A stretch of DNA of 64,000 nt, taken from positions 1-64,000 of the IMG/VR virus record IMGVR_UViG_3300010397_000003, one strand, 5' to 3'. The translations under genes and the position numbers were made by a program. This document shows, piece after piece, positions 37,367 through 46,574 of this stretch. Every line of letters starts with the position of its first letter. The stretch's first letter is position 1. Under the pieces are notes generated by a model that ran no database searches, was not told the origin of the DNA, and saw only the letters and a list, made by a program, of their open reading frames with translations. The DNA is from a virus.

Positions 37367-37453
37367 TGGTGGGGACGACGGGATTTGAACCCGCATGGTC
37401 GTGAGACCGAAAGTTTCCTAGGCTTGCGCGTTTACCAATTTCGCCACGTCCCC
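37367..37453 (-). tRNA. class II (Leu-type body) tRNA with apparent AGG anticodon
   Basis: GGGGACG TG GCG AAATTGGTAAA CGC G CAAGC CTAGGAA ACTTT CGGTCTCACGACCAT GCGGG TTCAAAT CCCGT CGTCCCC A CCA. Confidence 0.85.
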
Positions 37454-38103
37454 ACTATCTCAAAAGAACTGCTACCGGCCCGGTCTTGAGTCTTTGCGGG
37501 AATTAGACCGGGCCTTAGTGTTTGTTACGGCCCTTCGCGTTTGAGCAGCAAAGCAATTTGAACGCGAGAGGCTATGTATCTAACTTCATAACACCACCTC
37601 GCACCTCGCACCTCGCATTATGTTTAGGCGAGTCTGCCAATTCCGTCAAAATGGAAAGAAAAGTTTTTTAATCTTCCAGTGGAAACTATTGGAGAATAAA
37701 TTACAGTGGAAAGAATTAGGTGGATACTTTACAGGGGGGGGGGCGTAACTTATTCGATCTTTTCCTTCCATCCCGGTTTTCCGATTCGATCCCACGTGAA
37801 ATCATAACCAAAGGTTTTCATAAGCCTTACTGCGCGATTTATCTGTTGTCTAAATTGTTCTCTACACTTCTCTGTGTGACGTTTTTTCTGACCTAGACCG
37901 CACGGGCAGAAAACGTCCGTAGCTTGCCTGAGAGTGACGGCGGGATACGCATATTTTCCGTCAAGCGCAGCAAGTGCTAAATGTCGTTTTGAAGGTGGTT
38001 GCCCGCCCTGAAGCGTTCAGGAAATCGCAACTTGTCCCCTATCTGGCCGGACAGGGTTAAGGCGCGGCGAAAGTTGTTAGCGAGAGTTTACATCAATGGT
38101 AGA

Positions 38104-38271
38104 ATGCGGGAAATGAAAGCAGAACGAAACACGAATCCTGCCGGACGTGAGGGAAGACCTATTAGCCTTCATCCGCTGAAACCACGCGATGCGATCCGTG
38201 GTCTTCTAGCTGTGAAGCCACCACCGAAAGACACTCACAAAGCAGAGAAGAAAACTAAGCGCAAAAAGTAG
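38104..38271 (+). CDS. small basic protein (IS passenger)
   Basis: PISLHPLKPRDAIRGLLAVKP; Lys-rich tail. Confidence 0.5.
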   Translation: MREMKAERNTNPAGREGRPISLHPLKPRDAIRGLLAVKPPPKDTHKAEKKTKRKK

Positions 38272-38276
38272 AACCT

Positions 38277-38503
38277 ATGACAGGTACAATACTTAGAGGC
38301 GACGCCCTAGTGATCGAAAATATTGACTAAAGAGTTGGTCGGGCGATTTTACAGCGCCACAAGCAACTCTCTTCGAGCCGGGGGAGTATTGCGATTTACA
38401 GTTGGTAGATGGTCGCGGGGGAGGCTTTTTCATTTCCAACATCCGCTTCCGAAGCGGCAGACCTATTTCGGTTGAATTTGTCGGTTCTGGTGACTTGAAG
38501 TAA
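38277..38503 (+). pseudogene. broken small ORF
   Basis: MTGTILRGDALVIENID* continues in another frame as KSWSGDF...VEFVGSGDLK*. Confidence 0.35.
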
Positions 38504-38541
38504 GTGGATTCGGGTGGCGTATAGGTGATATAAGCCGCCTT

Positions 38542-38835
38542 ATGGCGAATTACTTTATTTCTTTCGACCTGTCACCCACCGTCAACGAGAAAGAGCGACC
38601 GCCAATGGCAAAGGTCATCGCGGAAACGTTCCCGCTCAGAAGCTTCCAGTTCCTCAGCAATGGCTGGTTTATTCAAACGGATTGGCCTGCCGAAGATATT
38701 CGGCTATGGCTCTTAGGTGAGATCAGTCCTAGCTGGCGTGGCGTTGTTATTCGCATAACCGATCCGATGTTTGGGCAACCCCGCGATCCGGCTGACCTGC
38801 CCGAGTGGCTCTTGATCGAAAACAAGGATTCCTGA
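38542..38835 (+). CDS. small ferredoxin-fold-like protein (Cas2/VapD-like N-terminus)
   Basis: MANYFISFDL start motif, 97 aa. Confidence 0.45.
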   Translation: MANYFISFDLSPTVNEKERPPMAKVIAETFPLRSFQFLSNGWFIQTDWPAEDIRLWLLGEISPSWRGVVIRITDPMFGQPRDPADLPEWLLIENKDS

Positions 38836-39064
38836 TCCGCCTTGAGGCTTGGTGAGCCTTTCGTATTCCTCAAAACCCACACGCGCCATATAAGCGTTAA
38901 CCACTCGCGTGTCATCTAATAGACGACAAGGCTCACCGTTGAAAGAAACCACCGTCCCTTTCGGGATAATAGCTATCTTATCGACATCGTTTCCATCCAC
39001 TTGCCACCTTTACTTTCATTCAGGATTTATCGACCTGTCACGCCCTCTGATTGTAGTGGGTATG

Positions 39065-39382
39065 TCATGTATATAATCCCGCCGCTGACTGTTGAGCTTG
39101 CCGTCTGCGAGCTTGAGCGCCGCCTAAGCGTAGACAGGAAACCCGCCAAGAAATAAGCGTTGCGTGAAGTGGGCTTTCCCGCGGAGCGTCTAACGTACCG
39201 CCTGCCCAGCCAATCCAATACATTACCACTACCACAAGAATCGTGATCAGCGCTGGAATAATGACGTACCTGAGAGACTCGGCTATTCCTTTCCGTCTCA
39301 GTAATCTATTCAAACACCAGAGAAGAGTTCCGCCAATCACCAGAAATAGAAGAGCCGAAAGGGCGAGTGCTGGAAATGACAT
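39065..39382 (-). CDS. two-TM membrane protein running into the IS end
   Basis: two hydrophobic helices; stop codon lies within TIR. Confidence 0.45.
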   Translation of the reverse strand: MSFPALALSALLFLVIGGTLLWCLNRLLRRKGIAESLRYVIIPALITILVVVVMYWIGWAGGTLDAPRESPLHATLISWRVSCLRLGGAQARRRQAQQSAAGLYT

Positions 39383-39432
39383 GTCCGCATTATCTCAGAC
39401 ATCCAACACGAGCGCACGCCGATTTCGTGATT

Positions 39433-41040
39433 TTATTTCTTCTCAGGGTTTGCCTTCGCCGCCACTCTATAACGCGCATGTCTGCGTAGCCTGTCAATTC
39501 TCTTTTGCTGAACCTCTATTTGAGATTGCATCTTCCTAATCTGCTCTTGCTGTTCCTGCACAGCCTTCACCAACACGGCAGTTAGCTGTTGATACCGAAC
39601 GGCGTGTGGCGAGCCGTCTGACTCCGTGCTGACTAGACGACTATCAACTTTCGCAACGTCCTCAGCCATCAACCCAAGCTGTTCTCCTAAGCCGGTAGGG
39701 TTGTATTTAGGCTTCAGAAAATAGGAGACAGGCTGCAACTTCAATATCGTACTCAGACCAGAAGAGAGCGGACGTTCCTGTTGTTTGAACTTCCGAGACG
39801 AAAGAAGGCAAGTGGTCGTGGTGTCTACGTTGATGATTCCAGTTCCCGTAGTCCAGCATACCGTTCCAGTGGTGGGTGCCGATGAGGTTCCCAAGCCTGG
39901 GAGTGAAACACTGGCCCCGCTAATTACAGGCTGGTTGATCGTGGGAAAGGTATCGTAGACCAGCTTTCCACCGCCGGTTGCGCCTGTACTTGTATTGCCC
40001 TCGAAAGTAGTGTGGCCAGTCGCGCTTAACGTAGTGAACGATCCCGCTAACGGCGTAGTCGTTCCAATGATGATGTTATTGAGTTGATTGCCGCCGCCTG
40101 AGATTGTGCCGCCGAGAGTAAAGGCCGGAAGCGTACCTGCCGATGAAGGTGAACCTAACGCACCGCCATTAGCTACAAACGCTCCTGCCGTGCCTACGTT
40201 GACCGCTAAAGCAGTTGCCACGCCAGTACCTAGCCCTGTAATGCCTCCTACGGGCACAGCAGCGGCGGTAATCGAGGTGTTACAACCAAACCCCGTGTTC
40301 GTTGTCCAGATCAACGCGCTGCCTGCCGTGCTGCACGTGCCTACTGTCAACGCCGTAGGAACGGCCGTACCTGACGTGGCGTTGCCTAGGACGGTGTTTG
40401 TAGCTTGCGTCGCCATCTTCGCAAGGGTGACGGCGTTGTTAGCGATTGCGAGAGCAAGTGACCCCGCGCTGTTAGTCACATCTCCCGTGTGAGCAGGTTC
40501 TTGTGCGGCTTGGAGGGTGCCGGTCAATCCCGTCGTCGGCAATCCAGAGCCGTTGGTGAGAGTAATCGAGGATGGGGTGCCACCTGCCCCGTTGAATAGA
40601 ACTGGAGCGCCGGCAGATCCGATGTTGACACCCAACGCCGTGAGAATGCCCGTTCCGGTCGTTGTGGTAGAACTGGCTTGAGAGCCACCACCGATCATCA
40701 AATTGTTAGAGGTGAGGCTTGCCGCGCTGGTAACACACGTCGCGCAGGCAATCGTGCCCGTGGACGTAATCGTTCCGCCTGTGATTGGCGATGTAGTGGC
40801 GATGGACGTGACCGTGCCGGGGCCTATCCCAAAATCACTCCAAGTGTTAGCCGTGAGACACTGGCGATCTTTATGAGTTGTTAAGTTGTGATAGACATCG
40901 CCGGGAGCGCAGCTTGTTGGTTCAGAAGTAAGACGGCGAAAGCGAGACGCGGTTTGACTAACCGGGCCTGGCCCCGGCTGCGCCGATACGCTCACAGCTA
41001 AAGCCAACAAAAAAAGAGTAATGAGAATTAGACGTTTCAT
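39433..41040 (-). CDS. tail-fibre-like protein with C-terminal S74 intramolecular chaperone and N-terminal signal peptide
   Basis: Gly/Thr-rich body; SSRKFK..LQPVSY..GLMAEDV..LVKAVQE coiled coil. Confidence 0.8.
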   Translation of the reverse strand: MKRLILITLFLLALAVSVSAQPGPGPVSQTASRFRRLTSEPTSCAPGDVYHNLTTHKDRQCLTANTWSDFGIGPGTVTSIATTSPITGGTITSTGTIACATCVTSAASLTSNNLMIGGGSQASSTTTTGTGILTALGVNIGSAGAPVLFNGAGGTPSSITLTNGSGLPTTGLTGTLQAAQEPAHTGDVTNSAGSLALAIANNAVTLAKMATQATNTVLGNATSGTAVPTALTVGTCSTAGSALIWTTNTGFGCNTSITAAAVPVGGITGLGTGVATALAVNVGTAGAFVANGGALGSPSSAGTLPAFTLGGTISGGGNQLNNIIIGTTTPLAGSFTTLSATGHTTFEGNTSTGATGGGKLVYDTFPTINQPVISGASVSLPGLGTSSAPTTGTVCWTTGTGIINVDTTTTCLLSSRKFKQQERPLSSGLSTILKLQPVSYFLKPKYNPTGLGEQLGLMAEDVAKVDSRLVSTESDGSPHAVRYQQLTAVLVKAVQEQQEQIRKMQSQIEVQQKRIDRLRRHARYRVAAKANPEKK

Positions 41041-41053
41041 TTATGGTTCACCT

Positions 41054-43612
41054 CTATTGTGCCGCGGGCTGGATCATCTGAAAGTTCGTGCCATCGTAAA
41101 CAGCCACCACTACACTACCCGCTTTAATGAAGTTATCAGGAGGATCAGTCGCAACGCCGCGCTTCAAAGCCTTTGCGCCAAGTCCGTTGATATTGACTGA
41201 GCAAGCTCCAGTGTTTGCTGTATTGGCCGTGAAAACAATAGTCATGCCCGTTACGTACGCAGTTACCGAGGAAAGCGTGATTGCGTAGGCGTCAGTTGAA
41301 CCTGCATCTGCCCCGAAGTTTACCGCGCCGCTGTAGGTGACGTTTCCTCCTGTCGCAATCCGCATCCGCTCGATGTTGGCTGTCTGGAAGGTCAATGGCG
41401 CGGCGGCCACTTGGTTGATGACCAAAGCTACATTGTTCTGAGCTTGCCACTGAACTACCTGCCCCGCCGCGATTGATTGCGTTATGAAATCACTAGTGGC
41501 CGCGTCAGACACTAACTGTAGTCGAGTTTCGGCGCTCGCTCCCGCGTTGGGATTCTGAACGCGTAGTTGTCCCGACCCGTCAGTGTTTTTGTAAACATGT
41601 AGAGCGGTAGACGGGGACGTGTTACCCGGTATGCCAATGCCATAAGGAATTGATTTTGCGCTATAAGTTGCGCTGCTTGGCCCGGCGTAATTTGCGGTAT
41701 CAAACTCGCCAGCGACCATAATGTACTGGCTCATGTCAAAAGTAGAACCATGCTGCCAGAAGCAATTAGTCATCGTAACGATGTCTGCTTGTGCCCCACC
41801 TACAGGTGTCATGCGTATGCAAACATCACTTCCTGCCGTGGCGGATTGAGCAGCAACTATTGATGTGTAATTGACTTGGTAAACACCCCGAACATCATAG
41901 CCGTTGCTGTCCGAGCCAACTTCGCAATTCTTAAAGCTAACATCAATACCGCCTGTTTGGATGATTGAGAACCCGAACCCTGTACTTGGTTGCGTAAGCC
42001 CCGCATCCGCGTTCGCGCTTTGCTCATAGCGGACGTTTTCAAATGACAATCCCTGGGAGGGTACGTTGGGCGATACTCGCGTATCGTTCATTCGGAAACC
42101 GCCCACGCCCGCTGCCCAAGATTGGTAGCCTGTAAAAGAAACATTATCCAGTCCGATACCGTCGTCTACGTGGACGCAGTAATTCTTCCATCCAATTAGA
42201 TATAGATCGTTGAAGTTCACCTGATCGAGGTCTTCGTTATCAGTTCGCGCAGTATTAGGATTGGCTGAAACAACAACGGGGCGATCCGCCCAAGACCGAA
42301 TGTTGTCGAAAGCGGTCAGGTCGCGACCGCGAGTGTGAATTCCGATACTCGTACCGTTTACGTCGTGCCACATTGGAGCAGTAGCGCCGCCCCCCGTCAC
42401 CGTAATGTTAGGGCCGGTGATTACTACGTCGTCAAAGATGCACCCGTTAGTTAGGTCGGAATAATCTATTGCCGTTTTTGTAAAAGTCGAGTCATTAGAG
42501 GTGAGCGTAATCCCCTTCAAAGTAAACTGAGGAACTTGAGAAGCGCCTGCGGATATGCGTAGGCACGTAGAGTTACCTGTGGGCGCAAACCGAATAGACG
42601 TTTTACCGGAACCCGCGCCTAGAAGCGCGATATATCCACGACTAACCAACACTTCACTTATGGTCTTGTACGTGCCAACGCCAAATAAAACCCTACCACC
42701 AGTCAAGGGAACGGTAGCTACAGCCTGCTTAATTGGATTTGTACTATCGGCTGCCCCTGTACGATCAGCACCAAACCATCCTGCCGGAATATCGCCATTC
42801 TGAGTTAGTGCGACAGTTCCCGTACCCGCAGCATCAAATAATTGCTGGTAAGGATCGGCCTCGATCAGCCCATTGAAGGTGAGCGTATTAGTCCCTCGCG
42901 TGATCACTCCATTAAGAAACATCACCCGTGCTGCGTTTAGCGTAGTGTTGCCTGAAAGCGTGAAGTTCTTATCAATTACCAGCGTCCCGCTCACCGCCGC
43001 CGCGTCAGCTAAAGCCAATGACGAATACTGAGACGCATAGAAGAGTCCAGTAGTCGAGGCTGGTACGCGAGGATCGTTGTCTCCTAACGCAATCGGATCG
43101 ACTACGTTGGCCGCCGGCACACTGAGTCTTACCCATCCTGCAATTACTGAAGTTGCAAACCTTAGAACCCCGATGACCGTGTTGATGTATTGCTGTATCC
43201 ACTGGTCGAGTCTGGTAATTGCATCGCTTTCAAAAAGCGTCTGTCCGGCATTGAGAAGTTTTAATGCCCCAAAGGTGATCGTTGGATTTGCAGACGGAAT
43301 GAACCCTTCAAAGATCACATTACGCGGACTCCCAGACTGATCCCAGAGTTGCCACGTCTCTCTGACGTTTGAACCTGTTTGGGGATTGTCAGTTGGAGTT
43401 GCGGGGAAGCTAGGGACGGTGACCGTGTTTCCTGATAGCGTGCAGGCTATTTCATCAAAGAAACTCGTTGAACTATTTTGGCTTCCTTCTGCATGAAACA
43501 CACCATCTACGTCAGTCCAATCCTGATCGTAGTATCGGCGGAGCTTGCAAGTGGTTCCAAGGAAATTACAATCCGGCAATTGGAACTCGGAGATTGTAAT
43601 GGTCGTCGGCAT
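41054..43612 (-). CDS. tailspike with pectin-lyase-like beta helix
   Basis: WFGADRTGAADST..GGRVLFGVGTY followed by beta-helix-like repeats. Confidence 0.8.
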   Translation of the reverse strand: MPTTITISEFQLPDCNFLGTTCKLRRYYDQDWTDVDGVFHAEGSQNSSTSFFDEIACTLSGNTVTVPSFPATPTDNPQTGSNVRETWQLWDQSGSPRNVIFEGFIPSANPTITFGALKLLNAGQTLFESDAITRLDQWIQQYINTVIGVLRFATSVIAGWVRLSVPAANVVDPIALGDNDPRVPASTTGLFYASQYSSLALADAAAVSGTLVIDKNFTLSGNTTLNAARVMFLNGVITRGTNTLTFNGLIEADPYQQLFDAAGTGTVALTQNGDIPAGWFGADRTGAADSTNPIKQAVATVPLTGGRVLFGVGTYKTISEVLVSRGYIALLGAGSGKTSIRFAPTGNSTCLRISAGASQVPQFTLKGITLTSNDSTFTKTAIDYSDLTNGCIFDDVVITGPNITVTGGGATAPMWHDVNGTSIGIHTRGRDLTAFDNIRSWADRPVVVSANPNTARTDNEDLDQVNFNDLYLIGWKNYCVHVDDGIGLDNVSFTGYQSWAAGVGGFRMNDTRVSPNVPSQGLSFENVRYEQSANADAGLTQPSTGFGFSIIQTGGIDVSFKNCEVGSDSNGYDVRGVYQVNYTSIVAAQSATAGSDVCIRMTPVGGAQADIVTMTNCFWQHGSTFDMSQYIMVAGEFDTANYAGPSSATYSAKSIPYGIGIPGNTSPSTALHVYKNTDGSGQLRVQNPNAGASAETRLQLVSDAATSDFITQSIAAGQVVQWQAQNNVALVINQVAAAPLTFQTANIERMRIATGGNVTYSGAVNFGADAGSTDAYAITLSSVTAYVTGMTIVFTANTANTGACSVNINGLGAKALKRGVATDPPDNFIKAGSVVVAVYDGTNFQMIQPAAQ

Positions 43613-44002
43613 TTAGATTCCAAGGGTGATGATTTCAATGTCCTGACCCGCAGCGCTATAGATGTACACCGTGTTGTCGTCTACGGGGCCACGGAAGTAG
43701 TCAGCGAGACTATATGGCTGCTCCGCGACAGCTTTAGAGCCGCGATACAGCACTGGAGGTCCGGCAGCCGATGCGCTGCTCACAAACGCGTCGTGACCTA
43801 CATAAACATCATCGGTTTGAGGGATCAAGCTTCCGCTAGACGACATGAATGAGTCGGCAGACTGTTGCGTGGTCGCCACGTTATTGCTGTCCATAACGAA
43901 GCCCCAGCCGAGTAGCCGCTTGAGCGCAGCAAGGGTCACGGCCCCGCCGGGATGTGCAACAGTAGCCGAAAAGAAATTACGTTTTTGGATCGTAGCTCCC
44001 AT
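43613..44002 (-). CDS. virion-associated hypothetical protein
   Basis: GGAGG RBS, in structural operon. Confidence 0.6.
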   Translation of the reverse strand: MGATIQKRNFFSATVAHPGGAVTLAALKRLLGWGFVMDSNNVATTQQSADSFMSSSGSLIPQTDDVYVGHDAFVSSASAAGPPVLYRGSKAVAEQPYSLADYFRGPVDDNTVYIYSAAGQDIEIITLGI

Positions 44003-44063
44003 AACCCACCTCCAGAAAAGAAGGGGCAGCGCCCTATGGCTGAGACGCCACCCCGCAGGAAAC

Positions 44064-44579
44064 TTAAACTGGCAAAAGATGTGACTCCATCAACTCGCTA
44101 CGCATTGGCTCGGCATAAACGTCAAAATTCATCGCTGACCGTAATCGCGCCGGTTCACCTCTGACAACTGCGCCATCAGGAACATCTTTTGTAACAACCG
44201 ATCCGGCTCCAATCATTGCAGCCTTTCCAATAGTTACGCCTGGCAGAATGACGCTTCCCGCGCCAATGGAACATCCGTCCATCAATCGAGGTGGCTGCGC
44301 AAGGTACTCACTATTGCCCGCCCAAGGCCGCTTATCGTCGCAAAACATCACATGGGGAGCGATGAATACGCGCCTTCCGACTTGCGAGTTTGGAGGCAAA
44401 AACACAAATGCCCCTATTCGCGATCCATCGCCAATCACTGTTCCTTGCCCGACTTCAGCGTGAGAGCCTATCGAGCAGTTTTTGCCGACCTTGACGTTTT
44501 GGAGGACAACCGCGAAGTGCCAGACTTGCGCGCCTTCGCCGATTTCCGCGGTCTCGTCAATAAAGTTGGTTGGTTGCAT
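44064..44579 (-). CDS. hexapeptide-repeat (LbH) sugar acetyltransferase
   Basis: hexapeptide repeats, IGAGSVILPGVTIG..GAGSVVTKDVP..GEPAR. Confidence 0.88.
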   Translation of the reverse strand: MQPTNFIDETAEIGEGAQVWHFAVVLQNVKVGKNCSIGSHAEVGQGTVIGDGSRIGAFVFLPPNSQVGRRVFIAPHVMFCDDKRPWAGNSEYLAQPPRLMDGCSIGAGSVILPGVTIGKAAMIGAGSVVTKDVPDGAVVRGEPARLRSAMNFDVYAEPMRSELMESHLLPV

Positions 44580-45547
44580 ATTCCCTCGTAGATATTGCGC
44601 ATCGCCAGCGCGGTTTCCGAAATATCAGGAACCTCTTGCTTGTCCTTTCGCGGCCCCACCTGTCCTTTCAAAACCGCAATCAGATCGGCGGCGGTCTGCC
44701 GTTGATCCCCTTCCGTTACCCAGAAGTCCGCATAGGGATTACCTGGATAGGAAATAACCCTGCATCCAGATGCGGAGGCTTCTAAGCACAGTCGATTAAA
44801 ATCCCCGTAACGCACGTGAGAAAACTGGTAGTCAACTGACTTAAAGACGTTTCGGAGTTCAACGTGTGGAAACGTGAAGGATGAAATGTGAGCACCAAAA
44901 CTCGCCCCGTTTCGGTTCACTAATGGAAAGAACCACCGATGCTTATCGTTGGGAAGATAGTTCACGTGGAGACTGGCGCTGGGGATTTCCTTATAGACCC
45001 ACGGCCACATGAGAAGTAAATCCAAGGGCCATTTGATCTGATGGCAATTCTCGGCGGAAAGCACCGAAGGATTCCCGGCCCACTTTCCGGCACTCTGACC
45101 CTCCGCCCAGAACTTGCGATTGATCCCAAGGGGAACCAAGTGGACTTTCGTGCCTTTGTCTACCATTGTTTCCATGATTGCTTGATGCCGTGGCCAGAAC
45201 GTAACCCTGGCGTCAGCATTTTGCATCCAGTATTGAAAAAGCATCCACCCATCGCCATGCCCGTATCCGGTCTTTATCGACTCGACTGCCGAGTAGAAAA
45301 TGTGCTCTGGCGTTCCGTGACACGGGAAAACGAGCTTTAGCGGCCGCGTTAATCGCGCCCTCATCTCGTTCGGGAAATGCGTGTGGGCCACATGCACGTC
45401 CGCGTCTGCCCACTCGTCCCACTCAACTGACCCTTGGATGTCAACTAAATGCGAGTCGAGTCCGATGGCCTGCTCCGCCGCCGAAATAGACCCCGCTACG
45501 TTGTACATCCCCGAATTGGGGTACGCGACCCAATGACAGATTTTCAT
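44468..45547 (-). CDS. GT-B-fold glycosyltransferase-like protein
   Basis: MKICH..SGM, DVHVAH, HGTPEH, VPLGIN, LEASASGCRVI. Confidence 0.7.
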   Translation of the reverse strand: MKICHWVAYPNSGMYNVAGSISAAEQAIGLDSHLVDIQGSVEWDEWADADVHVAHTHFPNEMRARLTRPLKLVFPCHGTPEHIFYSAVESIKTGYGHGDGWMLFQYWMQNADARVTFWPRHQAIMETMVDKGTKVHLVPLGINRKFWAEGQSAGKWAGNPSVLSAENCHQIKWPLDLLLMWPWVYKEIPSASLHVNYLPNDKHRWFFPLVNRNGASFGAHISSFTFPHVELRNVFKSVDYQFSHVRYGDFNRLCLEASASGCRVISYPGNPYADFWVTEGDQRQTAADLIAVLKGQVGPRKDKQEVPDISETALAMRNIYEGICNQPTLLTRPRKSAKARKSGTSRLSSKTSRSAKTAR

Positions 45548-46011
45548 TAGGCCGAAATTGCGGCGCTTGTCGCGAACGACAGCAACGTACTCTGCGATGT
45601 GTTCTGGCTGTCCGCTGTGGACTTGTTTTTTGAAGCCACGGTAACAGCCGACTCGCCCTTGCTGTCAGCAACAGACGTAGCCGTGGTGCCAGTGCCGCTA
45701 TCGACAACTGCCGACACGATCGTCCATTTGTTATTGAACGCTCGCGCTTCAGCCATCTGTCCCGGCAGCATCACGGTTAGTCCTTCGATGCTGTCAGCGG
45801 AGTTGGCCGCGTAAGTGGCGTTTCCCGCCGAGCTGCTACTGTTGCCGATGATCTTGCGTCGATGATCAGCATCCAGAGTGGAAATGGCCGGAAAAGTTAT
45901 AGTCTTCCCTGTCGCAATCAGCGGAATGATCAGGTCGTCATTCTTGTCAATCGTGTAAGTGTTTGTCGGCCGTGCTTCCTGTTGGTAGTCGGTCCCAATG
46001 CGCGTTCCCAT
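45547..46011 (-). CDS. virion-associated protein
   Basis: AAGGAG RBS; YTIDKNDD..TITFPA motif typical of fibre-like domains. Confidence 0.6.
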   Translation of the reverse strand: MGTRIGTDYQQEARPTNTYTIDKNDDLIIPLIATGKTITFPAISTLDADHRRKIIGNSSSSAGNATYAANSADSIEGLTVMLPGQMAEARAFNNKWTIVSAVVDSGTGTTATSVADSKGESAVTVASKNKSTADSQNTSQSTLLSFATSAAISA

Positions 46012-46031
46012 AGTTTGTTTTCTCCTTCGCG

Positions 46032-46505
46032 TTATGCGCTCATCGGCGCAGCCCCAGCGGCAGCAGATAAGACCTGTGGCCCCCAAGGCTGAGTTTGTGT
46101 AATTGTTCCTGAACTTGTCCCGGTAGTCGTTCCGCCTGTTTGGGTCAACTGTGGCTGAGACATTCCGGCCACTGTTACATCGCGGGAATAGCCAAGCCTG
46201 TTGGCGTCATACTGTCCGCCTCGATAGGCTTCAGCTTCCTGTTGTCCTAATCGTTCCTCACCTGAGCGAATAATTGCGTCTCTTACTTCGGGGCTGTAAT
46301 TTGCTCCCAGAGGGTTGTTGAACCCGGATTTGAGTTGACTGCGAAGTTGTCCATATTGAGCGTGAAGCCCCGGATCGACCTCAAACTTAGCGCCCGACAG
46401 CTTTGCTAATGCAGGAGTAGTCGGCGGCGTCTGATAGCCATAAGTCGCCGTGGTCGCTCCCGATTGGGTTGACTCTTGTTTCTGTTTCGAGCTGGAAATT
46501 CCCGT
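46032..46505 (-). CDS. putative ejection/pilot protein with non-canonical ACG start (absent from ORF track)
   Basis: 157 stop-free codons (M)GISSSKQKQESTQSG...AAGAAPMSA filling the gap; AGGTG RBS upstream. Confidence 0.7.
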   Translation of the reverse strand, partial: TGISSSKQKQESTQSGATTATYGYQTPPTTPALAKLSGAKFEVDPGLHAQYGQLRSQLKSGFNNPLGANYSPEVRDAIIRSGEERLGQQEAEAYRGGQYDANRLGYSRDVTVAGMSQPQLTQTGGTTTGTSSGTITQTQPWGPQVLSAAAGAAPMSA

Positions 46506-46574
46506 GGCTGTTCACCTGCAAGACAGAATGACTACCTCGCAGAGCAGGGTACTGGATATGCAGGGTTTAAGTTT

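Larger units (their letters stand above)
36250..39082 (+). mobile_element. IS1595-family element with passenger DNA
   Basis: TIRs GCGCAATTATATACTTGACATACCCA (36250..36275) and revcomp GCGGGATTATATACATGACATACCCA (39057..39082); no clear TSD. Confidence 0.8.

Noticed and set aside
37405-37428. Reading the tRNA anticodon as TAG (Leu)
   Set aside because: Needs C33 and destroys the AAG/CTT stem; kept only as a possible ancestral state
36240-39092. 8-bp target-site duplication for the IS1595 element
   Set aside because: Flanks (TAATTTCA vs CGCTGACT) do not match in any register I tried
39433-43612. Diversity-generating retroelement acting on tail genes
   Set aside because: No reverse transcriptase or TR/VR pair seen in the window
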